Assembly: GCA_021828445.1 (NCBI GenBank)
Contig: JAJZJD010000001.1
Location: forward strand, 1-57,449
Source of the DNA: a bacterium
Lineage (GTDB): Bacteria > SZUA-79 > Acidulodesulfobacterales > Acidulodesulfobacteraceae
DNA length: 57,449 nt
Direction of reading: 5' to 3'
Below are positions 39,231-47,770 of the stretch, piece by piece. Made by a program: the position numbers and the translations under genes. The number at the start of each line of letters is the position of its first letter. Position 1 is the first letter of the stretch. The notes beneath the pieces were generated by a model. It was given only the letters and a program-made list of their open reading frames with translations, did no database searches and was not told where the DNA came from.

Positions 39231-40589
39231 ATGGGTTTAGCGTTAAAGGAAGAATTTTTCGACGAACCGTCTTGCGAGCATAACGGAGCGGCAAAAGAGA
39301 AGAAAGCATGCAAAACTGCAGTGCCGGGGTCATCTACGGGAGGATGCGCGCTTGACGGGGCATATATAGTTTTAAGCCCTATAAAAGACGCTTTAAATAT
39401 AGTGCATGCGCCTATAAACTGTCTGGGGAACAGTTATAACCAGAGAACGTCTAAAGCGGAAAAAGGGAAGAATTACTATATGTACGGTTTCACGACCGCG
39501 ATTAACGAAAACGACCTTATTTTCGGTTCCGAAGAAAAATTAAGGCAGGGTATAATTTATACTAACGACAGATATAAACCCAAAGGAATATTCGTTTATA
39601 ATACGTGCGTTCCGGCGCTTACCGGCGAAGATATCGAGGGAGTTTCAAAAGAACTTTCCGTCAAACTTAAAATACCAGTCGTTCCGGTATTATCTCAAGG
39701 ATTTTCAGGAAATAAAAATTTAGGAAATAAGATTGCGGGCGACGCTCTTTTTACGCATTTGATAGGGAAAAAAGAGCCGAAAATAGATTTGATGGGAGAA
39801 TTTAACATCAATTTAATCGGCGAATATAACATAAAAGGAGAGCTGTTTTTAGTTAAAAAAGCTTTGAAATCTATCGGAATAAACGTTCTTTCTACTATTA
39901 CGGGCGATTCCACCGTAGAGGAGATAATGTATTCGCATAAAGCGGAACTTAACGTCGTAATATGTTCTAAAGCATTAGTTTATCTGGCTAGAAAAATGAA
40001 AGAAAAATTTGGAATTCCTTACATAGAAGAATCGTTTTTCGGCATGACCTCAACCAATAAGGCGATAACGGATATAGTAAATGCTATCGGCAATATGGAA
40101 CTGATAAAAAAGACGAAAGATTATATTAAAATCATGACGAAAAAAACCGAAGAGAAAACTTATGAGTATAAAAAATTTTTGACAGGCAAAAAAGTTCTTT
40201 TATATACAGGCGGAGTCAAGAGCTGGTCTATGATTTCTGCTCTTAACGACTTAGGCTTGAAGGTTATAGCTACGGGTATTAAAAAAAGTACCGATGAAGA
40301 TAAATTAAGGATAATTAAGGAATTCGATAAAAACGGAAATATAATTATGCTCGATAACGGCAATCCGGTAAATCTGATTAAAATAGCAAGGGAAAATAAT
40401 GCCGACATCATACTTGCCGGAGGCAGAAACCAATATACGGCAATAAAATCACTTATTCCTTTTTTAGACGTAAATCAGGAAAGACTGCAGCCGTATGTAT
40501 CTTATGAAGGCATTGAATGTATGGCAAAGATTATTTATTCGGAAATTAAAAGTCCGCTTTTTAAATTATTAAAAGAATCGATTGGATGA
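39231..40589 (+). CDS. nifE: FeMo-cofactor biosynthesis scaffold NifE
   Basis: GCALDGAYIVLSPIKDALNIVHAPINC and YNTCVPALTGEDIEG are NifD-like, and the position after nifK fits NifE. Confidence 0.88.
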   Translation: MGLALKEEFFDEPSCEHNGAAKEKKACKTAVPGSSTGGCALDGAYIVLSPIKDALNIVHAPINCLGNSYNQRTSKAEKGKNYYMYGFTTAINENDLIFGSEEKLRQGIIYTNDRYKPKGIFVYNTCVPALTGEDIEGVSKELSVKLKIPVVPVLSQGFSGNKNLGNKIAGDALFTHLIGKKEPKIDLMGEFNINLIGEYNIKGELFLVKKALKSIGINVLSTITGDSTVEEIMYSHKAELNVVICSKALVYLARKMKEKFGIPYIEESFFGMTSTNKAITDIVNAIGNMELIKKTKDYIKIMTKKTEEKTYEYKKFLTGKKVLLYTGGVKSWSMISALNDLGLKVIATGIKKSTDEDKLRIIKEFDKNGNIIMLDNGNPVNLIKIARENNADIILAGGRNQYTAIKSLIPFLDVNQERLQPYVSYEGIECMAKIIYSEIKSPLFKLLKESIG

Positions 40590-40649
40590 GCAATAATTAG
40601 ATTTGGTCAGAGAAATGAAAAAAGGCTGTTTTATTTTTCGATCAGCAGT

Positions 40650-40756
40650 CGTCATTGTGAGCGAAGCGGACGCAGTCCGGCGAAGCGAAGCAATCTTTTG
40701 GTAGTTTGCAAAATAAAATGCGAGATTGCTTCGTCGCTTTGCTCCTCGCAATGACG
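40650..40756. repeat. imperfect palindromic (REP/MITE-like) element in the nifE-nifN spacer
   Basis: CGTCATTGTGAGCGAAGCG...CGAAGCAATCT // AGATTGCTTCGTCGCTTTGCTCCTCGCAATGACG. When translated it gives the VIARSKATKQS / LRFAHNDD-type pseudo-peptides that I recall from spurious ORF calls on similar palindromic repeats in other genomes. Confidence 0.7.
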
Positions 40757-40831
40757 TAAAAAACGAAAAAGTCAGATTTATTTTTTGATAAGGTTTTATG
40801 CAGCTTTATATTAAAAGCAAGGGATAAAATT

Positions 40832-42166
40832 ATGGTAAACAGCATGGTAAATAGACTTAAAAATATCGAAATTAATCCGTTAAAAACAAGTTCGTCGCTT
40901 GGCGCGGCAGTATTTTTTCTAGGATTAAAAAATGCGGTCGTCCTGATGCACGGAGCCGTAGGCTGCGCAAGTTTCGACAAGGTCACGCTCACTAAGCACT
41001 TCAGGGAAAATATTCCCATAGTTACGACCGCTTTAAACGAGACCGGCGCAATACTTGGAGGAAAAGATTTTTTAATATCCGGAATTAACAATGTTTATGA
41101 AAAAATGAAGCCTGATTTTATCGGCGTAACTTCTTCCGGTCTTACCGAAACGCAAGGCGAAGATATCTCAGGGATTATTAAAGAATTTAAAAATTTTAAA
41201 AACGCTCAAAATATTCCTTTTGCTAAAGTAATTTATGCAAGCACTCCGGATTATAAAGACGGCTTTGAAGAAGGCTATTTAGCGGCAATGCTGTCTCTTC
41301 TGACGGAAGCGGTAGGTAAAAACAAAGAAGGCGGTTCTTATAAAAAATCAAATAGAACTAAAGCTAAAAATAAAAAAAGCGTAAATGTGTTTTGTCCGCC
41401 TTCGTTTACACCGCAAGACTTTTTAGAACTTCGCGAAACTTTAGACGATTTTAATTTAAAGCCTATTATGATACCGGATTTAGGTCTGTCTTTAGACGGT
41501 CATCTGGACGAAAGAGGTTATCTGCAGACTACGCCGGGCGGCTTAGATGCAAAAGATTTAACCGATATTTTTGACGGCGAATTTAATTTAATAATAGGTT
41601 TGAGCCTTAAAGACGCGGTAAAAAATATCGAAGGTTTAACCGGTTTAAAGACATATTATTTTTCAAATTTATGCGGACTGAAAAACAGCGATGATTTTTT
41701 TAATCTTCTTTCTAAAGCAACCGGCAAAGAAATTCCGGAAAAATATAAAAGACGCAGAAGCCGTCTTATGGATGCGTATCTAGATGCTCATTTTTATTTT
41801 TCAGGAAAAGAAATAGCGCTGGCCCTAGGAATAGATCTTTTAGATTCTTTTTCCGCTATTTATTCGGAAATCGGCGCAAATTTAAAACTGGGAATAACGA
41901 CAAAAGCAATAGACGGTATTGATATTGAATACGGATTTTTAAATTTGTCGGAAGGCGATTTGGATTTACTTGATAATTGCGGAAACCTAGATATGATAGT
42001 TTCAAATTCAAACGCAAAATTTTATGCCGAAAATTTAGGCATTCCTTTGCTTAAAGCAGGGTTCCCTATAATAGACGAAATAGGACATAATTATAAGCAT
42101 TATATATTGTATGACGGCGCTATAAATCTTGTTATCGAAAGCGCAAATTTACTTTTTACCGAGTAA
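40832..42166 (+). CDS. nifN: FeMo-cofactor biosynthesis scaffold NifN
   Basis: NPLKTSSSLGAAVFFLGLKNAVVLMHGAVGCASF and TSSGLTETQGEDI are NifK-like, and the position after nifE fits NifN. Confidence 0.85.
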   Translation: MVNSMVNRLKNIEINPLKTSSSLGAAVFFLGLKNAVVLMHGAVGCASFDKVTLTKHFRENIPIVTTALNETGAILGGKDFLISGINNVYEKMKPDFIGVTSSGLTETQGEDISGIIKEFKNFKNAQNIPFAKVIYASTPDYKDGFEEGYLAAMLSLLTEAVGKNKEGGSYKKSNRTKAKNKKSVNVFCPPSFTPQDFLELRETLDDFNLKPIMIPDLGLSLDGHLDERGYLQTTPGGLDAKDLTDIFDGEFNLIIGLSLKDAVKNIEGLTGLKTYYFSNLCGLKNSDDFFNLLSKATGKEIPEKYKRRRSRLMDAYLDAHFYFSGKEIALALGIDLLDSFSAIYSEIGANLKLGITTKAIDGIDIEYGFLNLSEGDLDLLDNCGNLDMIVSNSNAKFYAENLGIPLLKAGFPIIDEIGHNYKHYILYDGAINLVIESANLLFTE

Positions 42167-42299
42167 GAAAACGATAATTTAACTAATAATAAACAATTAA
42201 TAAACAATAAAATTTTAAGTTAAGTTAAATTCAGTTAAGTTAAGTTTAAGCATAAACATTAGAGCAATTTAAATTTAATAAAAATCGGGAGGGATTAAA

Positions 42300-42698
42300 A
42301 TGAAAGTAGGTTTTGCGACAAATGATAATATTTTAATCAATGACCACTTTGGATGGGCTAAAAATTTTGCAATTTATGAAATAAATATGGATGGATTTAA
42401 ATTTTTGGAAAACAGATATTTTGAAGAAGAGGTTGAAGAACTTAATAAAATTGATAGAAAAATTGAAAAATTGCGCGACGTTAAGATTATCTTCATAGAA
42501 AGCATAGGCGGCACGGCGGCTGCAAGAGTAGTAAAATCGGGTATATATCCGGTAGTTAAAAAGGGGATCGGAGCAAAGCCGGCACCTTTAAGGATTGACG
42601 AGGTCATCGAAGAACTGCGGGATGTTTTGTCTAAGAATCCTCCTCCGTGGTTAAAAAAGATTATTTTAAAAGAAAAAGAAAGCAAGCAAGTTGCATAA
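42300..42698 (+). CDS. nifX: NifX-family FeMo-cofactor carrier protein
   Basis: MKVGFATNDNILINDHFGWAKNFAIYEI closely follows the NifX N-terminal pattern (MKVAFAT..HFG.A..F.IY). Confidence 0.8.
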   Translation: MKVGFATNDNILINDHFGWAKNFAIYEINMDGFKFLENRYFEEEVEELNKIDRKIEKLRDVKIIFIESIGGTAAARVVKSGIYPVVKKGIGAKPAPLRIDEVIEELRDVLSKNPPPWLKKIILKEKESKQVA

Positions 42699-42724
42699 AA
42701 ATTAAAATTACGGATTTGGCACCA

Positions 42725-42740
42725 TGGCACAAAAATTGCA
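42725..42740 (+). promoter_or_regulatory. consensus sigma-54 promoter TGGCAC-N5-TTGCA, 13 nt upstream of the ANTAR regulator ATG
   Basis: TGGCACaaaaaTTGCAacttaataaatcATG. A second overlapping TGGCAC lies at 42717-42722. Confidence 0.55.
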
Positions 42741-42752
42741 ACTTAATAAATC

Positions 42753-43361
42753 ATGGAAGATGAAAAAGGTTTAAATTTAAATATAAAAGTTTTAGTCGTG
42801 GACGATTTAAAGGAAAGAAGAGAAGAGCTTAAGCTTATTTTAAATTCGGTCACGGCTGATATATGCGAAGCCGACAACGGCGCGGCGGCGGTAGTAGCGG
42901 CAGAAGAGCTTAAGCCGGATATTATATTCATGGACATAAAGATGCCGTCTATGGACGGAATTACCGCATGCAAAAAGATTATGGAGAAAACGCCGGTTCC
43001 GATTATTTTTTTAACAGCCGGAGCAGGCGATATAGAAGATTACGATTATTATACCGAATCTTTAAAGGGTTCGGGAGCATTCTCATACATAACAAAGCCG
43101 GCGAAAAAAAGCGAAATTTTAGCCCAGACTATAATAGCTATAGAAAATTTTAAAAAGTTTCTGGATATTAAAAAAGAAAACGAAAATTTAAAACAATATA
43201 TAGAAGGCAGGAAATTAATAGGCAAAGCAAAAAATATACTTATGGAAAAAGAAGATATTTCGGAAAAAGAAGCGCATAACAGATTGCAAAAGTTAAGCAT
43301 GAACAGCGGCCGACCTATAGAAGAGATAGCAAGGGCGATTATTTTAACCGACGGGCAATAA
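42753..43361 (+). CDS. response regulator with REC receiver and ANTAR RNA-binding output domain
   Basis: REC motifs: VLVVDD, IIFMDIKMPSMDG (acceptor Asp), FLTA, ITKP. ANTAR motifs: LKQYIEGRKLIGKAKNILMEKEDISEKEAHNRLQKLSMNSGRPIEEIARAII. Confidence 0.85.
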   Translation: MEDEKGLNLNIKVLVVDDLKERREELKLILNSVTADICEADNGAAAVVAAEELKPDIIFMDIKMPSMDGITACKKIMEKTPVPIIFLTAGAGDIEDYDYYTESLKGSGAFSYITKPAKKSEILAQTIIAIENFKKFLDIKKENENLKQYIEGRKLIGKAKNILMEKEDISEKEAHNRLQKLSMNSGRPIEEIARAIILTDGQ

Positions 43362-43421
43362 AGTACAAAAATAATTTTAAACTTAATAAATTTAATTTTT
43401 ATTTAAAAAAAGGAGATTTTT

Positions 43422-43739
43422 ATGGAAATGGTAAGAGCTATAATAAGACCGGAAAAAGAAAAAGACGTCCTTAAGGCGCTTGAAGAAAACGGATTTGTTT
43501 CCGTAACCAAAATGCATGTTTTTGGCAGAGGAAAACAAAAAGGAATTAAAGTAGGCGAAGTAGTTTACGATGAACTGCCGAAATTAGAGTTAATGATCGT
43601 AGTAAATAAAGGAGACGCAAACAAGGTTTGCGATATTATTCAGGAAAATGCGGTAACCGGCCACATAGGCGACGGAAAGATTTTTGTAATACCTGTATCG
43701 AATGCTTATACCGTAAGGACCGGTGCCGAAGGTTTGTAA
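43422..43739 (+). CDS. nifI1: P-II-like nitrogenase post-translational regulator NifI1
   Basis: 105-aa P-II fold (MVRAIIRPEKEKDVLKAL...GRGKQKG...TGHIGDGKIFVIPV). Paired with a longer P-II paralog in a nif cluster. Confidence 0.8.
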   Translation: MEMVRAIIRPEKEKDVLKALEENGFVSVTKMHVFGRGKQKGIKVGEVVYDELPKLELMIVVNKGDANKVCDIIQENAVTGHIGDGKIFVIPVSNAYTVRTGAEGL

Positions 43740-43860
43740 TAATTTTATCTTATATCGGCGAGACTATATTTAAACCGGATATTTATTATTTATTTATTAG
43801 CTGAATTGTTTATCTTATTTATTTAATTTTATTTAATTTAATTAAATCAAAGAGGTTTTT

Positions 43861-44268
43861 ATGGAATCGAAATTTCAGGAAAACGTAGTAGAAATTATAG
43901 CTATAATAAGGCGGCACAAGGTCCAGGAAACAAAAGAGGCTTTAAGCAACGAAGGTTTCGACCAGATAACTTTTTATTCTATACACGGGAGAGGCAAGCA
44001 AAAAGGCAAAGGAGGACTCGCCAACGAATTAGACCCCGGTTTAAATTTAATAAACAATAAGGACAACATACCTGATAACGATTACGGTTTTCTTCCAAAA
44101 AGAATGCTGTCTTTAGCTATCAAAGAAGCCGATCGGGACAGAGCCGTAAAAACTATAATACAGGTAAATAAAACGGGGCATTACGGCGACGGGAAAATAT
44201 TCGTTCTTCCGGTGAGTCTTGTCGAAAGAATAAGAACGGCGGAAGAAGGACTTTATGCGATAAGCTGA
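43861..44268 (+). CDS. nifI2: P-II-like nitrogenase post-translational regulator NifI2 (extended T-loop)
   Basis: 135-aa P-II fold with a long insertion in the T-loop region (GRGKQKGKGGLANELDPGLNLINNKDNIPDNDYGFLPKR) and TGHYGDGKIFVLPV. Confidence 0.8.
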   Translation: MESKFQENVVEIIAIIRRHKVQETKEALSNEGFDQITFYSIHGRGKQKGKGGLANELDPGLNLINNKDNIPDNDYGFLPKRMLSLAIKEADRDRAVKTIIQVNKTGHYGDGKIFVLPVSLVERIRTAEEGLYAIS

Positions 44269-44282
44269 GGATGGAGGGAGGG

Positions 44283-44309
44283 AGGGATGCTATTTCCGAA
44301 TCCCTTTTT
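44283..44309 (+). terminator. weak stem-loop plus T-run after nifI2
   Basis: AGGGAT / ATCCCT stem with an 11-nt loop, followed by TTTT. Confidence 0.35.
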
Positions 44310-44451
44310 CCCTTGTTTTAAACAATACTTCCAAAGTTCCCGTTATATTCAATCCTTTTTCCACGGCATTTTTTCCGGCTAATTTATCGTCCGGAATTAT
44401 CAAATAAGCTTCCGGTTCTTTTAAGTTTGTTCGGAAAAGATATAAAAAAAC
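44290..44451 (-). pseudogene. C-terminal remnant of a DUF3368 (PIN-like) gene, no start codon
   Basis: Minus-strand translation ...EPEAYLIIPDDKLAGKNAVEKGLNITGTLEVLFKTREKGIRK* resembles the D-x-x-G-x-x-A-x-x-x-GL-x-x-x-GTLGVL-x-x-AK-x-x-G C-terminus of DUF3368 proteins. The frame is closed by a stop about 10 codons upstream of the similar segment. Confidence 0.35.
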
Positions 44452-45342
44452 TTACGAAATAGCTTTGAATTTCCCTACGAATTTTTCGGTTATTTCTACA
44501 AAAGCCTTAGCCGATAAAGAAAGGTTATCTAAAGATTGTGCCGCTAACGCAATCTTTCTTTTTATTTCCGGTTTTATAGGAACAGAACATATTCCGCTGT
44601 AATTAAGCGGGATTGCAAGATTGGGAATAACGGCAGCTCCGATGCCTTCTCTGACCATTTCAATAATAGTGCCTATGTTACGCGCCTCTATATTTTTAAT
44701 TTCATCTGTTTTCTTTATAGAATTTATTAAATTAGATGCTACCAGCATTCCGCAGCTTGACCCCTTGAAAGTTAAAAGCGGCTCGCGTGCAAGTTCTTTT
44801 ATGCCTATGCTTTTTTTGCAGCATAACGGATGTTTTTCGTTAAAAACTCCGAACATTTTGTCTTCCAGAAGCGGAACAACTTCCAGTCCTTCTGCCGGAA
44901 GCACCACAAAGCCCAAATCGACGGCGCCTTTTAACAGCCAATCCGCTACTTCCAAATCCGTTCCTTCAAACCATGAAACTTCTATTCCCGGATATTTGCG
45001 TTTGAATTCTTTTAAAATTCCGGGCAAAATTCTTATTGAAACGCTTTGAAAACAGCCTATCTTAAGACTGCCGGTCTGCAGATTTTTTAATGCCGATATA
45101 TCTTCTTTTAACCTGTCCATATCGGTTAAGATATTTTTTGCATGATTATAAACTTTTTCTCCGGCTTCGGTAAGGGAAACGGTCTTTTTGTCGCTTTTAA
45201 CTAACTTTATTTCAAGTTCGTTTTCAAGCGATGCCATGGAGTGGCTCACTGCTGACTGCGATATATAAAGAGCTTCCGCCGCTTTTGTGAAACTTTCGGT
45301 TTCTGCGAGGGTTTTTAAAATATTCAATTGAGTCAACGTCAT
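44452..45342 (-). CDS. LysR-family transcriptional regulator
   Basis: N-terminal wHTH MTLTQLNILKTLAETESFTKAAEALYISQSAVSHSMASLE and a substrate-binding domain about 200 aa long. Confidence 0.9.
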   Translation of the reverse strand: MTLTQLNILKTLAETESFTKAAEALYISQSAVSHSMASLENELEIKLVKSDKKTVSLTEAGEKVYNHAKNILTDMDRLKEDISALKNLQTGSLKIGCFQSVSIRILPGILKEFKRKYPGIEVSWFEGTDLEVADWLLKGAVDLGFVVLPAEGLEVVPLLEDKMFGVFNEKHPLCCKKSIGIKELAREPLLTFKGSSCGMLVASNLINSIKKTDEIKNIEARNIGTIIEMVREGIGAAVIPNLAIPLNYSGICSVPIKPEIKRKIALAAQSLDNLSLSAKAFVEITEKFVGKFKAIS

Positions 45343-45376
45343 GAGTAAATAATCACTTTAATTATAAAAATTATTC

Positions 45377-45399
45377 ATTTGATTCATTATAAATCAAAT
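45377..45399. promoter_or_regulatory. 8-bp inverted repeat ATTTGATT-N7-AATCAAAT in the divergent LysR / methyltransferase intergenic region (candidate LysR box)
   Basis: Perfect inverted repeat containing a T-N11-A core. Located between the divergent regulator and operon. Confidence 0.35.
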
Positions 45400-45552
45400 C
45401 TTATAATATATTCAAGAACATAGTTTATACCGCTTATAATATGCCGGGGCATATTTTTTTATAGCTAATAAGTAGTCAAACAGCTGACGCTATTATATAT
45501 TTTATATTGATAATAATTCCATTATTAAGATGTAAAAAAGGGAGGTGTAACA

Positions 45553-46344
45553 ATGAAGCATAATTGGAATGCCGAAGATTATGCAAAAAATTCTCAATGC
45601 CAGCTACAATTAGGCGAAGAACTTATCGAAAAACTTTCTTTAACCGGCAATGAATCCTTACTTGATATAGGCTGCGGAGACGGAAAAATAACCGCGAAGT
45701 TATCGACAATTTTAAAAAAAGGAGAGGTGGTAGGTATAGATGCTTCAGAAAATATGATAAATTTAGCGTCAAAAGAATTTCCTAATGATAAATTTCAGAA
45801 TCTTACATTTTACCAAATGGATGCATGCGCGATTAACTTCTCAAAAAAATTCGATATTGCTTTTTCCAACGCCTGTCTTCACTGGATTAAAGACCATAGC
45901 GGCGTTCTTGAAAAAGTTCATACATGCCTTAAACCTAAAGGAAGGATTATATTTCAGATGGGCGGACGCGGCAATGTAGCCGAAGTCTTAAATGCCGTTA
46001 AATTAGTTATGGGCAAACCGGATTGGAGCAAATATTTCGATAATTTCGTTACGCCGTATTATTTCTACGATATAAAAGACTATGAGGTATGGCTTTCGGA
46101 AAATGATTTTAAGCCGGTACGATTAGAACTGATTATAAAGGATATAAAATATGCTGGGGAAGAAAGTTTTAAAGGATGGCTAAGGACTACATGGTTTCCA
46201 TTTACGGACCGCTTGCCGGAATCATTAAAGGAAACTTTTCTTGACGAAGTGTCGGAAACTTATAAAATTAGCCATCCGGCCGATGAATCGGGTAATATTA
46301 ATGTAAAGATGGTTCGATTGGAGGTCGAAGCGTATGCCGTATAA
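45553..46344 (+). CDS. class I SAM-dependent methyltransferase (Tam-like)
   Basis: WNAEDYAKNSQCQ...LLDIGCGDGKITAKL...VVGIDASENM...FSNACLHW. Confidence 0.8.
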   Translation: MKHNWNAEDYAKNSQCQLQLGEELIEKLSLTGNESLLDIGCGDGKITAKLSTILKKGEVVGIDASENMINLASKEFPNDKFQNLTFYQMDACAINFSKKFDIAFSNACLHWIKDHSGVLEKVHTCLKPKGRIIFQMGGRGNVAEVLNAVKLVMGKPDWSKYFDNFVTPYYFYDIKDYEVWLSENDFKPVRLELIIKDIKYAGEESFKGWLRTTWFPFTDRLPESLKETFLDEVSETYKISHPADESGNINVKMVRLEVEAYAV

Positions 46345-46846
46345 ATCTAGTTCAGATATTCTGATTAGAAATCTTTTGCCCGACGATATATCGATAATAA
46401 CAGACTGGCCTTCTTATCAGGCATGCTTTAAGGAACTTGATTATGCCTTAAGAAAAAGGGGCTGGCTTTCGGAGTACTTTGGGAAACCCGATACCAAGTG
46501 TTATGCCGCCGAACATTCAGGCGAACTTATTGGATTTGCGATACTGTTTAAAACGTCTAAAACGGAAGCCGAATTTAGAATCGCCTTAAAACCGGACAAA
46601 ACAGGCAGTGGATATGGAAAAATAATCACGTCAATGGTTCTTAACGATGGATTTATTAATATGAAAATTAACAGAATTCATCTTATAGTAAGGGAAAATA
46701 ATCCAATGGCAATCCGTTTATACAAAAGCATCGGGTTTGCCGAAAGAGGCAAATGTGTTAAGGAAATAAACGGTAAGGCGGTGGATTTTTTAGTTATGGA
46801 TATTTTATATAAACAATACTTCCAAAAATCAAAGGAGAAATTATGA
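46334..46846 (+). CDS. GNAT-family N-acetyltransferase
   Basis: TGSGYGKIITSMVLNDGF...RIHLIVRENNPMAIRLYKSIGF is the acetyl-CoA binding motif A region. Confidence 0.8.
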   Translation: MPYKSSSDILIRNLLPDDISIITDWPSYQACFKELDYALRKRGWLSEYFGKPDTKCYAAEHSGELIGFAILFKTSKTEAEFRIALKPDKTGSGYGKIITSMVLNDGFINMKINRIHLIVRENNPMAIRLYKSIGFAERGKCVKEINGKAVDFLVMDILYKQYFQKSKEKL

Positions 46847-47385
46847 AACGCGCTCTAATCGTTATAGATGTCCAGAATGAATATTTTACTGGTAAACTGC
46901 CGGTATCTCATCCTTCAGGCAGTTTTAACAATATCCTTAGAATTATGGATGCCGCAACGGAAAATAAAATAACTACGGCGGTTATCCGAAATTCTGCCAT
47001 ATCTCCCGAATCGCCCGTTTTCAGGAAGGGAAGCTATGAATGGGAACTTCACCCGGAAATTGCAAAACGGCACAGGGATATTTTGATTGAAAAAAACTTT
47101 CCCGACAGTTTTAAAGATACGATATTAGATAAATGGCTTAAGGGCATAAACGCGGATACAGTTGCGATAATCGGATATATGACCCAGAACTGCTGCGATT
47201 CTACGGCAAGGAGCGCATTTCACCGCGGTTACGGCGTAGAGTTTTTGTCAGACGCTACCGGAACTCTTTCTATGACAAATTACGCCGGTTCCGTTACTGC
47301 CGAAGAACTGCACAGGGCTATATTGGTAACTCAGGTGCGGTTCGGCAGGGTAATAGGAACGGATGAATGGATCTCACTATTTTGA
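46843..47385 (+). CDS. isochorismatase-family cysteine hydrolase
   Basis: ALIVIDVQNEYF, and IIGYMTQNCCDSTARSA containing the catalytic Cys. ATGA start/stop overlap with the GNAT gene. Confidence 0.8.
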   Translation: MKRALIVIDVQNEYFTGKLPVSHPSGSFNNILRIMDAATENKITTAVIRNSAISPESPVFRKGSYEWELHPEIAKRHRDILIEKNFPDSFKDTILDKWLKGINADTVAIIGYMTQNCCDSTARSAFHRGYGVEFLSDATGTLSMTNYAGSVTAEELHRAILVTQVRFGRVIGTDEWISLF

Positions 47386-47467
47386 CATATAAGATTTAAT
47401 TTTTTTTATCGTTTTTTTGCAATTTATAAATTGACATGTTATTAACTTTCTGCGATACTATTGTTAT

Positions 47468-47755
47468 ATGATAGCGTCCTTTAAAAACAACGAAACAAAA
47501 TTAATATGGGAAGGACGATTTTCTAAGAAGATAAAGATTTCTTCCGATTTGCAGAATATAGCAAGACGAAAATTAAGAATGCTTGCTGCTGCGAATACTA
47601 TTCAAACTTTAAAAATTCCGCCCAACAATAAACTTGAATCATTAAAAGGCGACAGAGAAGGGCAGTGGAGCATCAGGATAAACGATCAATGGCGTATTTG
47701 TTTTATATGGAAAGATTCCAACGCTTATGAAGTTGAAATAACCGACTATCATTAA
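47468..47755 (+). CDS. higB: type II toxin HigB (RelE/ParE superfamily, 'killer protein')
   Basis: FKNNETKLIWEG...ARRKLRMLAAANTIQTLKIPPNNKLESLKGDREGQWSIRINDQWRICF is the classic HigB pattern. Confidence 0.85.
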   Translation: MIASFKNNETKLIWEGRFSKKIKISSDLQNIARRKLRMLAAANTIQTLKIPPNNKLESLKGDREGQWSIRINDQWRICFIWKDSNAYEVEITDYH

Positions 47756-47770
47756 TTAAAAGGTGAAAAT

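Noticed and set aside
40569-41091. Minus-strand ORFs 40569-40751 (60 aa) and 40642-41091 (149 aa).
   Set aside because: They arise from reading through the palindromic repeat element and the antisense strand of nifN. The 'ARSKATKQS / RFAHNDD' peptides are typical artefacts of this repeat type.
42218-42250. GTTAA pentamer-rich tract (AAGTTAAGTTAAATTCAGTTAAGTTAAGTTTAAG) in the nifN-nifX spacer.
   Set aside because: It is a low-complexity AT-rich microsatellite-like sequence. It has no pairing partner or known motif, so it is probably spacer noise.
44319-44335. 17-nt exact match TAAACAATACTTCCAAA, also present at 46810-46826 inside the GNAT gene.
   Set aside because: A rough estimate for this base composition and window size gives about 0.5 expected matches of this length by chance, and there is no flanking similarity.
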